From assembly GCF_000011805.1 (NCBI RefSeq), contig NC_006840.2: DNA of 32,000 bases, one strand, 5' to 3'. The position numbers and the translations under genes were made by a program. This document shows positions 17,042-25,114 of this stretch, one piece after another. The stretch's first letter is position 1; each line of letters starts with the position of its first letter. The notes under the pieces were generated by a model. It ran no database searches and was not told where the DNA came from. It was given only the letters and a program-made list of their open reading frames with translations. The stretch comes from Aliivibrio fischeri ES114. GTDB lineage: Bacteria > Pseudomonadota > Gammaproteobacteria > Enterobacterales > Vibrionaceae.

Positions 17042-17680
17042 TTAACAGATCGTTCCCGCACCTTGTTGGATATCAGAATCGTTATCAATGATGGCTTGCG
17101 CCGCTATTGCTAAACCTTCTGCAATTTGCTCAAGTTTCATCGTTGGTTGTGAACCATCAACCGATTGCTCTGGTAATAATGGAATATGTACAAAACCATG
17201 ACGAACATTCGTGTCTTTTAAGTAATGTTGTATTCCATAAAACAGGTGGTTACACACAAATGTCCCTGCGGTATTTGAAACCGTGGCAGGTATGCCTTGC
17301 GCTTGAATTTCACTGACCATTGCTTTGATAGGAAGTGTCGTAAAGTAAGCGTCAGGCCCACCAGCGACAACAGGTTCATCAATAACTTGGATACCCTCGT
17401 TATCAGGGATTCTAAAATCGTCTACATTAATGGCAATACGTTCTGGTGTAATGGCAGCACGTCCTGATGCTTGACCCACAGTAATAACCGCATACGGTTG
17501 TTGCTCTTCAATTGCTTGTTTTACTGTTTCAATAGATTTGTATCGAACCACTGGAACCTGACAAATAACAATCTCACCACCATTAAGCTTGCGCCCTGCA
17601 ATTAACTTAACCGCTTCCAATGCAGGATTGATTTTATCGTTACCAAATGGTTCAAAACCCGTAATTAAAATCTTTTTCAT
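17042..17680 (-). CDS. pcp: pyroglutamyl-peptidase I (pyrrolidone-carboxylate peptidase)
   Basis: [13 protein letters not shown] start, ITPERIAIN (Glu), [11 protein letters not shown] (nucleophile Cys), GFVHIP (His). 212 aa. Confidence 0.92.
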
Positions 17681-17691
17681 TGCCTAATTCC

Positions 17692-18597
17692 CTAAAACGC
17701 AAACAGATACATAAATGTAGTATTAATAAGTAACATGATAAAACCAGGAATAAACTGAGTAATAATCACTTGGTTTTTATTCTCTAACTCTAATAGTGCG
17801 GCAGGTACAACATTAAAATTGGCCGCCATCGGTGTCATTAATGTTCCGCAATAACCAGAAACCATACCAAGTACACCAACGATCACTGGGTTACCGCCCA
17901 TTTCAACCATAAGTAGTGGAATACCAATACCTGCAGTGATAACAGCAAAAGCAGCAAACGCATTACCCATCACAATGGTGAAGACAGCCATGCCGAATGT
18001 ATAAGCAATAACGTAAGCTAAAACGCTACCATGAGGCACAATTTCTTTTACGATTTGTGAAACGGTATCACCAACACCCGCTTGACCAAACAGATAACCA
18101 AGTGCAGCTAAGAATTGCGACAAAATAGCCGCCCAACCAATGGTATCAATTAAACGACGACCTTCATGTATGCTTTGCACAGGTCGACATTTAGTCATTC
18201 CGTTTGCAACTAATAAAGCCGCAACAGAGCTTATCCCTAAACCAATAAGCGCACTTTCACCAGTTACTTGGCTCCATAAAATGGTACCGACAGGAACGAT
18301 GATCGCAGGAAGAAATAGCATGTTTTGTAATGATTTCGCACTGGCTTTTCTAAATTCATTATCACTTGAATGATAAGAACCAATCCCCATTAATCCCGCA
18401 GAAGCAATCAGTGTCATAAGTAACACCAGAACGCCGACAAACCAATCAGGTAAAATGCTTCCTAAACAGAAAGAAACACCATATGCCAACCAAAATAAAC
18501 CTGTACCAATTGCTTTTGGATTTTCCTTATCCATAAAGCTTTGAACCGAAAAGGCAATTAATAATAAACCCGTTGCTTGATAAATATATTCTAACAT
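17692..18597 (-). CDS. DUF979-family integral membrane protein (putative 5-oxoproline transporter subunit)
   Basis: 301-aa polytopic membrane protein. It is sandwiched between a DUF969-like gene and pcp, the arrangement typical of DUF969/DUF979 pairs. 9-nt and 11-nt gaps to its neighbours. Confidence 0.7.
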   Translation of the reverse strand: MLEYIYQATGLLLIAFSVQSFMDKENPKAIGTGLFWLAYGVSFCLGSILPDWFVGVLVLLMTLIASAGLMGIGSYHSSDNEFRKASAKSLQNMLFLPAIIVPVGTILWSQVTGESALIGLGISSVAALLVANGMTKCRPVQSIHEGRRLIDTIGWAAILSQFLAALGYLFGQAGVGDTVSQIVKEIVPHGSVLAYVIAYTFGMAVFTIVMGNAFAAFAVITAGIGIPLLMVEMGGNPVIVGVLGMVSGYCGTLMTPMAANFNVVPAALLELENKNQVIITQFIPGFIMLLINTTFMYLFAF

Positions 18598-18606
18598 GAT
18601 GAATCC

Positions 18607-19284
18607 CTACTCTTGCTTACCAGCTTTTGCCAAACGCGAATCTTCTATCCATGCTCGAACATAAAACACAACACATGATGCCAATGCGGTTGGAATTGCC
18701 CACATAAACATATCGTTTAACGCTACACTGTAACCGTGTTCTTCCAACACGCCTTTGATAAGCAATAAACCACCTGCACCAATAAAGATCAGCTGACTAA
18801 AGAAGTTAGCAAAGTTTTCACTCATTGCAGCTAAAGCACGCAAATGTTGCTTCTCTTTATTCGTTAATGGTTTTCTGTCTTTTTCTGCAGCAGCTTCTGC
18901 CATTGGAGCAACCAGCGGACGGATCATTGATGGGTGACCACCCAGATTCAAACCAAGTGCATTCGTCACTTTACGTAATAATAGATACGTAAGCATCACA
19001 CGACCTGCTGATGCTTGCTTGATTGAACCAATCAAGGTTTCTGCTCTTTCTCTTAATCCAAAACGCTCTAGAACCCCTATCATAGGTAGAACAAGAATGA
19101 ATAAAGACATATAGCGGTTTTGCGTAAAAGAAGCCCCGAGGATTGATAAAATCTCGATAAAATCAATCTTAGCAACCAGACCTGTAACAATACCGGCGGT
19201 TAAAATAACTAATAAAGTGTTCAAGCGTAATGCAAGACCGACTGTGATGATTAAGACACCAATTAATGGCCAAAAATCAATCAT
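18607..19284 (-). CDS. DUF969-family integral membrane protein (putative 5-oxoproline transporter subunit)
   Basis: 225-aa membrane protein (MIDFWPLIGVLIITVGLALRLNTLLV...), first gene of a three-gene unit with the DUF979 gene and pcp. Confidence 0.7.
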   Translation of the reverse strand: MIDFWPLIGVLIITVGLALRLNTLLVILTAGIVTGLVAKIDFIEILSILGASFTQNRYMSLFILVLPMIGVLERFGLRERAETLIGSIKQASAGRVMLTYLLLRKVTNALGLNLGGHPSMIRPLVAPMAEAAAEKDRKPLTNKEKQHLRALAAMSENFANFFSQLIFIGAGGLLLIKGVLEEHGYSVALNDMFMWAIPTALASCVVFYVRAWIEDSRLAKAGKQE

Positions 19285-19349
19285 ATTACATCCTTATAAA
19301 TAGTATCTTTACTCCCATAGCAAGATACAGTTAGTTTTTTAAAATGGGT

Positions 19350-19390
19350 AAAACCAAACAACCCCAAAACGTTATAGAACGTTTCGGGGC
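19350..19390 (-). terminator. probable Rho-independent terminator after the NRAMP-like gene, separating two transcription units of the 5-oxoproline locus
   Basis: ccccaaaacgtt (19362-19373) pairs with aacgtttcgggg (19378-19389) with one mismatch. The minus-strand tail is uuguuugguuuu. Confidence 0.6.
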
Positions 19391-19487
19391 ATTTAACGAG
19401 TATATTCAAAAATAAGTAGATGAGAAGTTTTTAAATATTTTTTATTATTAATTTGTGCTAAATATTTAAGAAAATGTGCCTCATCGG

Positions 19488-20732
19488 TTAAATAAGCAAC
19501 ATGTATAAGGTATATACACTCATTGCAGCCATCATTGCTGTAATTAACCACCCAAACACCGACATCCATACTGGGTGCTTATAATCTCCAACAATTTGTG
19601 CTTTCTTTGCCGCTATTAACATAATGCCTAAGGTAACAGGTAGAATGAATCCGTTTAGAGCACCAGCAACAATTAGAAGAACAACAGGCTTACCGATAAA
19701 GCAGAAGATAAAAGTAGAGATAACAATAAAACCAATAATAAATTTACGAGAGTGCAAATCAATCATCGGATGCAATGTCTTCAAAAACGATACGGATGTA
19801 TATGCAGCACCGATAACGGAAGTAATGGCCGCAGCCCAAAGAACTAAACCGAAAATTTTATAACCTATGTTTCCGGCAGCGTGTTGGAACATAGATGCAG
19901 GCGGGTTTGAAGGGTCCAAAGTTACCCCTGTACTTATTACCCCTAACGCCGCTAAAAACAAAATAACACGCACGATTGAAGCTACGCTAATCGCAGAAAC
20001 TGAGCCTCGATTCACTTGTGGCAGCGCTTCTTTTCCTGTTACTCCAGCATCAATTAAGCGGTGTGCCCCTGCAAAAGTAATATAGCCACCAACCGTACCA
20101 CCAACTAGCGTGATGATTGCAAGAACGTTTAATTTTTCAGGCCAAACTGAACGATACAATGCCTCTCCAATTGGTGGAGACGTTGAGAAAAGAACATATA
20201 GAGTCATTACTATTAATGCGGCACCCATTAAAATAGTAAAACGGTCCATTACTTTAGCTGCATCTTTTAACATAAAAATGGCCACAGCAATAACGGCACT
20301 GATTGAGGCCCCTGCTACCGGAGAAATGCTCGGGAATAACACGTTCATCCCCATCCCTGCACCACCAATGTTTCCGATATTAAATGCTAACCCACCTAAA
20401 GCTACGGTTCCTGCAATTGCATAACCTAAACCGGGAAGTAAATCATTTGCTATATCCTGAGCGCGCTTTTTGGAAACAACGATTACACGCCAAATATTTA
20501 ATTGAGCACCAATATCTAAAATAATAGAAACCAGAATAACAAACGCAAAACTAGCCCCTAATGTTTGTGTAAATACTGTTGTTTGAGTTAAAAAACCGGG
20601 ACCAACTGCTGAGGTTGCCATCAAAAAGGCAGCGCCCATTATCAATGACCAACTAACACCTGAACTTCTCGGCAGCTGTCCTTCCTTTGTGGACGCATTT
20701 GACGACTCACTCATGACTTTTTCTGATGACAT
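19488..20732 (-). CDS. NRAMP-family transporter homologue (YcsG-like) encoded in the pxp operon
   Basis: Polytopic membrane protein with the GPGFLTQTTVFT motif typical of the NRAMP family. The ATG at 20730-20732 has AAAGGA 6 nt upstream. The track start (GTG 20753) is less likely. Confidence 0.75.
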   Translation of the reverse strand: MSSEKVMSESSNASTKEGQLPRSSGVSWSLIMGAAFLMATSAVGPGFLTQTTVFTQTLGASFAFVILVSIILDIGAQLNIWRVIVVSKKRAQDIANDLLPGLGYAIAGTVALGGLAFNIGNIGGAGMGMNVLFPSISPVAGASISAVIAVAIFMLKDAAKVMDRFTILMGAALIVMTLYVLFSTSPPIGEALYRSVWPEKLNVLAIITLVGGTVGGYITFAGAHRLIDAGVTGKEALPQVNRGSVSAISVASIVRVILFLAALGVISTGVTLDPSNPPASMFQHAAGNIGYKIFGLVLWAAAITSVIGAAYTSVSFLKTLHPMIDLHSRKFIIGFIVISTFIFCFIGKPVVLLIVAGALNGFILPVTLGIMLIAAKKAQIVGDYKHPVWMSVFGWLITAMMAAMSVYTLYMLLI

Positions 20733-20813
20733 ATCATTTCCTTTTGTTATCACGTCACTGCATCCTTATTGTTGCAGTAGTTTCTCGTCTATCGACGATA
20801 TTTATTAGAATTA

Positions 20814-21770
20814 TTAAGAGTTATAAGAAGTAAAAAACTGACGTTGAATATGTAACTCAGCTTCTGCACTATGCAGTTCTTTTTCGTAGAACTGAACCGT
20901 TGAACCCGGAACACATTGAGATAAACGACTAATATCAGCGTGTATTACACAACCAATTTTCGGATAGCCCCCAATCGTTTGACGATCACGCATTAGTACA
21001 ATAGGTTGACCATCATTCGGAATTTGTATTGCCCCAAGAGCAATCCCTTCTGAAATCAGGTTATTACGTTGACACTGAATGGCTTCTCCAGATAACCGAT
21101 ATCCCATTCGATCAATGTTATTTGACACGGTATAAACCGTAGAAAAGAATCGTTCACGCTCTTCTGGTAAAAAATCATCATATTGATAACTCGGGATCAC
21201 CCCTACCTTTATATGCTTACCATATGTGGGAATAAAACGATTTGGAACTTGTTTACGTAATCTTGGTTCAGAAAATACCGTTGATAACTGAGATACATCT
21301 ACAGAGTAACGAATAAGAATGTTTGCTTTGAGTGGTTTACCATTTCCTTCAAGGCCGCCTAATCCATCACGAACCACTGTTGCTGTACTGCCTAAAATAT
21401 TATCAATTTTAAATCCCCCACTCACTGATAAATAAGCTCGCAGTCCAGCACTCGCAGCCCCCATTTCAAGCTTATCACCTGAATTAATAGCATAACTCTG
21501 CCAAGGGACTATTGGGTCACCATTTAATTTGGCCTGCATATCCGCACCAGTTAATGCCATTGTGGTTGCCGCATAAAAAGTACAGCTAAATTGCCCTAGT
21601 GTGATTTCAATTTGAGTCGCATTAGGATCATTACCAAGCAACTTATTTGCCCAATCAAACGCATGTTCATCCATTGGACCACCCGGAGTTACACCAACGG
21701 ACTGGTGACCAAATCGTCCTTTATCTTGAAGTAGTGCTAATGGGCCTGTGCTATTAATTCGTAAAGTCAT
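20814..21770 (-). CDS. pxpC: 5-oxoprolinase subunit C (KipA / allophanate hydrolase subunit 2 family)
   Basis: MTLRINSTGPLALLQDKGRFGHQSVGVTPGGPMDEHAFDWANKLLGN is the typical family N-terminus. It overlaps pxpB by 17 nt. Confidence 0.88.
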   Translation of the reverse strand: MTLRINSTGPLALLQDKGRFGHQSVGVTPGGPMDEHAFDWANKLLGNDPNATQIEITLGQFSCTFYAATTMALTGADMQAKLNGDPIVPWQSYAINSGDKLEMGAASAGLRAYLSVSGGFKIDNILGSTATVVRDGLGGLEGNGKPLKANILIRYSVDVSQLSTVFSEPRLRKQVPNRFIPTYGKHIKVGVIPSYQYDDFLPEERERFFSTVYTVSNNIDRMGYRLSGEAIQCQRNNLISEGIALGAIQIPNDGQPIVLMRDRQTIGGYPKIGCVIHADISRLSQCVPGSTVQFYEKELHSAEAELHIQRQFFTSYNS

Positions 21771-22485
21771 TTGTATCCCTCATAGATTCTGATTCACAAG
21801 GTAATTCACCACCCATTTCAATATAGGTTTCACGAGAAATTGAAACAAATGTTACTTTCGCTCCCATCTCAAACAAGGTTAAGTTTTTACGATTAAAATC
21901 AATAAGGTTGACAGGCGTTCTTCCTATTATTTGCCAACCACCAGGTGATGACTTTGGATATATAGCTGTTTGTTGTTCTGCAATAGCTAAACTTCCAGCT
22001 GGCACCATTAAACGTGGTGTGCTTTTTCTAGGGACATGAATTCTAGAATCAGTATTTCCTAAATAAGCAAATCCGGGAGCAAAGCCTATGGCATAAACTC
22101 GGTACGTTTGAGATGAATGTATTGATATCACCTCTTCAAAACTTAATCCTGTGTGGTCACAAATCTCATCAGCATCAAGTGACACTTCTTTTCCATAATA
22201 GACTGGCAGTTCTATTTCTACTGTAGACTTACTCGATTGCATCTTCTGTAAATCAGAAGGTATACACTGATGTAACTGCATCATAAAGCGGCGTAAATCT
22301 ACACTAGAGGTATCATATGTGATTAATATAGATGTGTATGAAGGAACAATATCGACAATAAGTGAACCGATCTCTTGAGTAAAAAGAGTGACTGATTCAG
22401 CAATCATATCAGCGACTTCAGGACTGACTTTATCAGCAAAGGTAAGTAACAAAGTCGATTCATTGACAGCGGATATTTTCATCAT
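21754..22485 (-). CDS. pxpB: 5-oxoprolinase subunit B (KipI / allophanate hydrolase subunit 1 family)
   Basis: 243 aa with YRVYAIGFAPGFAYLG and AIYPKSSPGGWQIIGRTP motifs. Its start overlaps the pxpA stop (ATGATGA). Confidence 0.88.
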   Translation of the reverse strand: MMKISAVNESTLLLTFADKVSPEVADMIAESVTLFTQEIGSLIVDIVPSYTSILITYDTSSVDLRRFMMQLHQCIPSDLQKMQSSKSTVEIELPVYYGKEVSLDADEICDHTGLSFEEVISIHSSQTYRVYAIGFAPGFAYLGNTDSRIHVPRKSTPRLMVPAGSLAIAEQQTAIYPKSSPGGWQIIGRTPVNLIDFNRKNLTLFEMGAKVTFVSISRETYIEMGGELPCESESMRDTNDFTN

Positions 22486-23225
22486 GACTCCGACTTTGAT
22501 TTTAATTTTTTTCGTAGATATTCAGCCGTAGAGACAGCAAATGGTCCGTCCCCATGAATACACAATGTATCTGCGTGTATTTTTATAATGTCGCCATTTA
22601 AGGTCGTCACACAGCCTTCATCTATTAATTGATTTGCTTGTTTTTGTATGGCTTCATCTGATTGATGGCTTGAACCGGGAACACTTCTTGGGACTAGACG
22701 CCCTTGCTCGTCATATGCTCTGTCTACAAAGGCTTCAAACCAAAGTGTAATGCCATACTCTTTCGCCATATCTACATAACGTTGATGATCAGGAACGGCC
22801 ATAATGACCAAAGGTAACGTCGCATCATATCGCTTCAAGGCTTCTAATAACGTTTGAAGAATAGCGTCATTTTTCATCATTGCGTTATATAATGCGCCAT
22901 GTGGTTTTACATAGCTCAACGAGGTCTGCTGACTTTGACAGACTCCTTCTAACGCACCTAACTGATAGATAAACAGCGCAGCTAAATCGTCTGAATCCAT
23001 TGATATATCACGTCGACCAAAACCTTGAATGTCGTTATAACCAGGGTGAGCTCCAATCGTCACGCCATGCGCCTTTGCCAGTGCAACTGTTTTCATCATG
23101 ACACTTGGATCTGAAGCATGCATACCACATGCAATATTCGCCATATCTAACGCTGGCATCACTGCACTGTCATTACCTAATTGCCATAAACCGAAACTTT
23201 CGCCCATATCACAATTAATTCTCAT
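22482..23225 (-). CDS. pxpA: 5-oxoprolinase subunit A (LamB/YcsF family)
   Basis: MRINCDMGESFG...NIACGMHASDP...IGAHPGY...VKPHGALYN is canonical LamB/YcsF. The ATG at 23223-23225 has AAGGAG upstream. The track's 12-codon extension is unlikely. Confidence 0.9.
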   Translation of the reverse strand: MRINCDMGESFGLWQLGNDSAVMPALDMANIACGMHASDPSVMMKTVALAKAHGVTIGAHPGYNDIQGFGRRDISMDSDDLAALFIYQLGALEGVCQSQQTSLSYVKPHGALYNAMMKNDAILQTLLEALKRYDATLPLVIMAVPDHQRYVDMAKEYGITLWFEAFVDRAYDEQGRLVPRSVPGSSHQSDEAIQKQANQLIDEGCVTTLNGDIIKIHADTLCIHGDGPFAVSTAEYLRKKLKSKSES

Positions 23226-23273
23226 TCCCTGCTCCTTAATTATTAAATTTGGTAGTAACAATAAATGTATGCT

Positions 23274-24074
23274 TTAAAGCACAGCAAACTCTGAACTTAG
23301 ACGATCAGTGATCAACATTTTTCCCGGAGCATGAGTAATACAAAATGGCGGTCGACTCTGACGAATAACATTTTGTGGTGTAACGCCACACCCCCAAAAA
23401 ACAGGCACTTCATTTGGTTTTATTTCAACGGCATCGCCATAGTTTGGAGTTGATATATCGTTAATTCCAATAAGGCTTGGATCGCCAAAGTGAACTGGCG
23501 CTCCATGCGCTTTAGGAAAACGAGTAGTGATTTGAATAGCACGAATGGCATCAATGGAAGTGAATGGGCGCATTGACACCACATAGTTTCCACTGAACTT
23601 TCCTGATGATTGGCAAGGAATACTGGTGTCATACATTGAGACGTTCTTCCCTTCATCGATATTTCGGATGGATAAACCAGATTGTATTAACGCCTCTTCA
23701 AACGAGAAAGAGCACCCTAAAACAAAAGTAACTAAATCTTCTCTCCATAATGTGGAAAGATCAGAGACTGCGGTTTCAAATTCGCCATCATAAAAAACAT
23801 GATATTCAGGAACGTCAGTTGATAAATCAATATCCCTCCCGATCGATTGCAGGTACTTTTCTCCTGGTTGGGTAACATCAATTAAAGGACACGCCACCGG
23901 ATTTTTTTGACAAAACAGCAAAAAATCGGTTGCCCACTCAGCTGGTAATATAACAAGGTTAGCTTGTAAATATCCTGCAGCACAACCCGTTGTCGAACCC
24001 GTAAATTGATTATTTCTAATAAGATTACGCAATTCTTTAAGAGGCAGTGTATTGAGCGATAGTCCTTGATCCAT
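23274..24074 (-). CDS. DUF1445 / D-glutamate cyclase-family protein ('putative hydro-lyase', YcsI-like)
   Basis: 266 aa with [54 protein letters not shown] and [12 protein letters not shown]. It is the first gene of the pxp operon, as ycsI is in the Bacillus ycsFGI-kipIA arrangement. Confidence 0.82.
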
Positions 24075-24220
24075 ATAACAATCCTTTCGTTATTTGTAAT
24101 TTTATCGTTAACCAAGAGTTACATTACTGCTTATTTATATAATGTCTATTCGTATTTTTCTGCTATTCTTGATAAAAAAAATTTATCACCCCTCAACAAA
24201 TTAATAAAAGAGAGGCTTAA
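24075..24220. promoter_or_regulatory. divergent control region between the DUF1445-pxp operon and the LysR regulator gene
   Basis: 146-bp AT-rich region between divergent start codons, the classical LysR-type layout. It contains ATAAC-N9-GTTAT (24075-24093) and ATTA-N13-TAAT (around 24120-24140). No site can be assigned with confidence. Confidence 0.4.
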
Positions 24221-25114
24221 ATGCTCAATTTAAAACAGCTGGAAACGTTTGTCTGGATAGCGCATTTGGGGAGTTTTCGCCAAGCAGCAAAGCATTTATG
24301 TACAACACAGCCTGCCATCTCTACGCGTATTGCAAATCTCGAAGAAACACTTAATACGGCATTGTTTTATCGTGATACTGGTTCAATTTCATTAACAGCC
24401 AAAGGACGTGAATTATTACCTTTAGCCGAAAAGTTATTGAGCAACGCCGATCAATTACAAGTTTTAGCAAACAGTGCTGAAGCAATATCTGGGATTTTAC
24501 GGATTGGAGTTTCTGAAACGGTTGTACATACATGGTTACCGCACTACTTAGCGCTTATTCATCAGAATTTACCTCACTTAGAGGTAGAGCTTATCGTTGA
24601 TGCCACCATAAATTTACGAAAAGAATTGCTAGCACGAAATATTGATATCGCGATTTTATTAGGAGTAGTTGATGAACCGAATGTGGTTAGTCAAGCCATC
24701 TGTAATTACGATTTACACTGGGTGGCAAGCCCTGCATTACAACAAACACAAAAGAATAAAGTACTTAACTTTGCTCAGTGGCCATTGATTACCTACGCCC
24801 GAAACACGTCACCATACTATGAAATAGAACGTTATTTTAATACGCACAATAATCAAGCAACACGCTTCTACTCTGCAAGTTCTCTATCCGCTAGTATTAG
24901 ACTCGCTGAGAGTGGCATTGGTATCGCTATCCTACCTAAAGAAGTCATACATACTTCTCTACAAAACAATACGCTAGAAATAATTGAAGCAGACTGGTCA
25001 CCAAGTCCGCTTCAATTTTCTGTTGCTTATATTGATACGCCAGTAAATCTGATGACAATGGAGTCAGTTAAACTTACTTTTGAGGCCGTGAAACAATATA
25101 AAAACGTTAACTAA
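24221..25114 (+). CDS. LysR-family transcriptional regulator
   Basis: N-terminal wHTH LKQLETFVWIAHLGSFRQAAKHLCTTQPAISTRIANLEETL plus a ~200-aa LysR substrate-binding domain. Divergent from the pxp operon. Confidence 0.9.
   Translation: MLNLKQLETFVWIAHLGSFRQAAKHLCTTQPAISTRIANLEETLNTALFYRDTGSISLTAKGRELLPLAEKLLSNADQLQVLANSAEAISGILRIGVSETVVHTWLPHYLALIHQNLPHLEVELIVDATINLRKELLARNIDIAILLGVVDEPNVVSQAICNYDLHWVASPALQQTQKNKVLNFAQWPLITYARNTSPYYEIERYFNTHNNQATRFYSASSLSASIRLAESGIGIAILPKEVIHTSLQNNTLEIIEADWSPSPLQFSVAYIDTPVNLMTMESVKLTFEAVKQYKNVN

Noticed and set aside
19624-20424. Plus-strand ORFs of 72-104 aa antisense to the NRAMP-like gene. Similar alternate-frame ORFs lie inside the DUF1445 gene (23420-23656, 23882-24115) and antisense to the LysR gene (24351-24533)
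   Set aside because: These are shadow ORFs within well-supported genes, with no SD and no recognisable motifs.
24075-24093. ATAAC-N9-GTTAT inverted repeat as the LysR-type operator
   Set aside because: It abuts the start codon and overlaps the RBS of the DUF1445 gene. It also does not fit the T-N11-A spacing, so it could be chance in AT-rich DNA. Left as part of the generic regulatory region.
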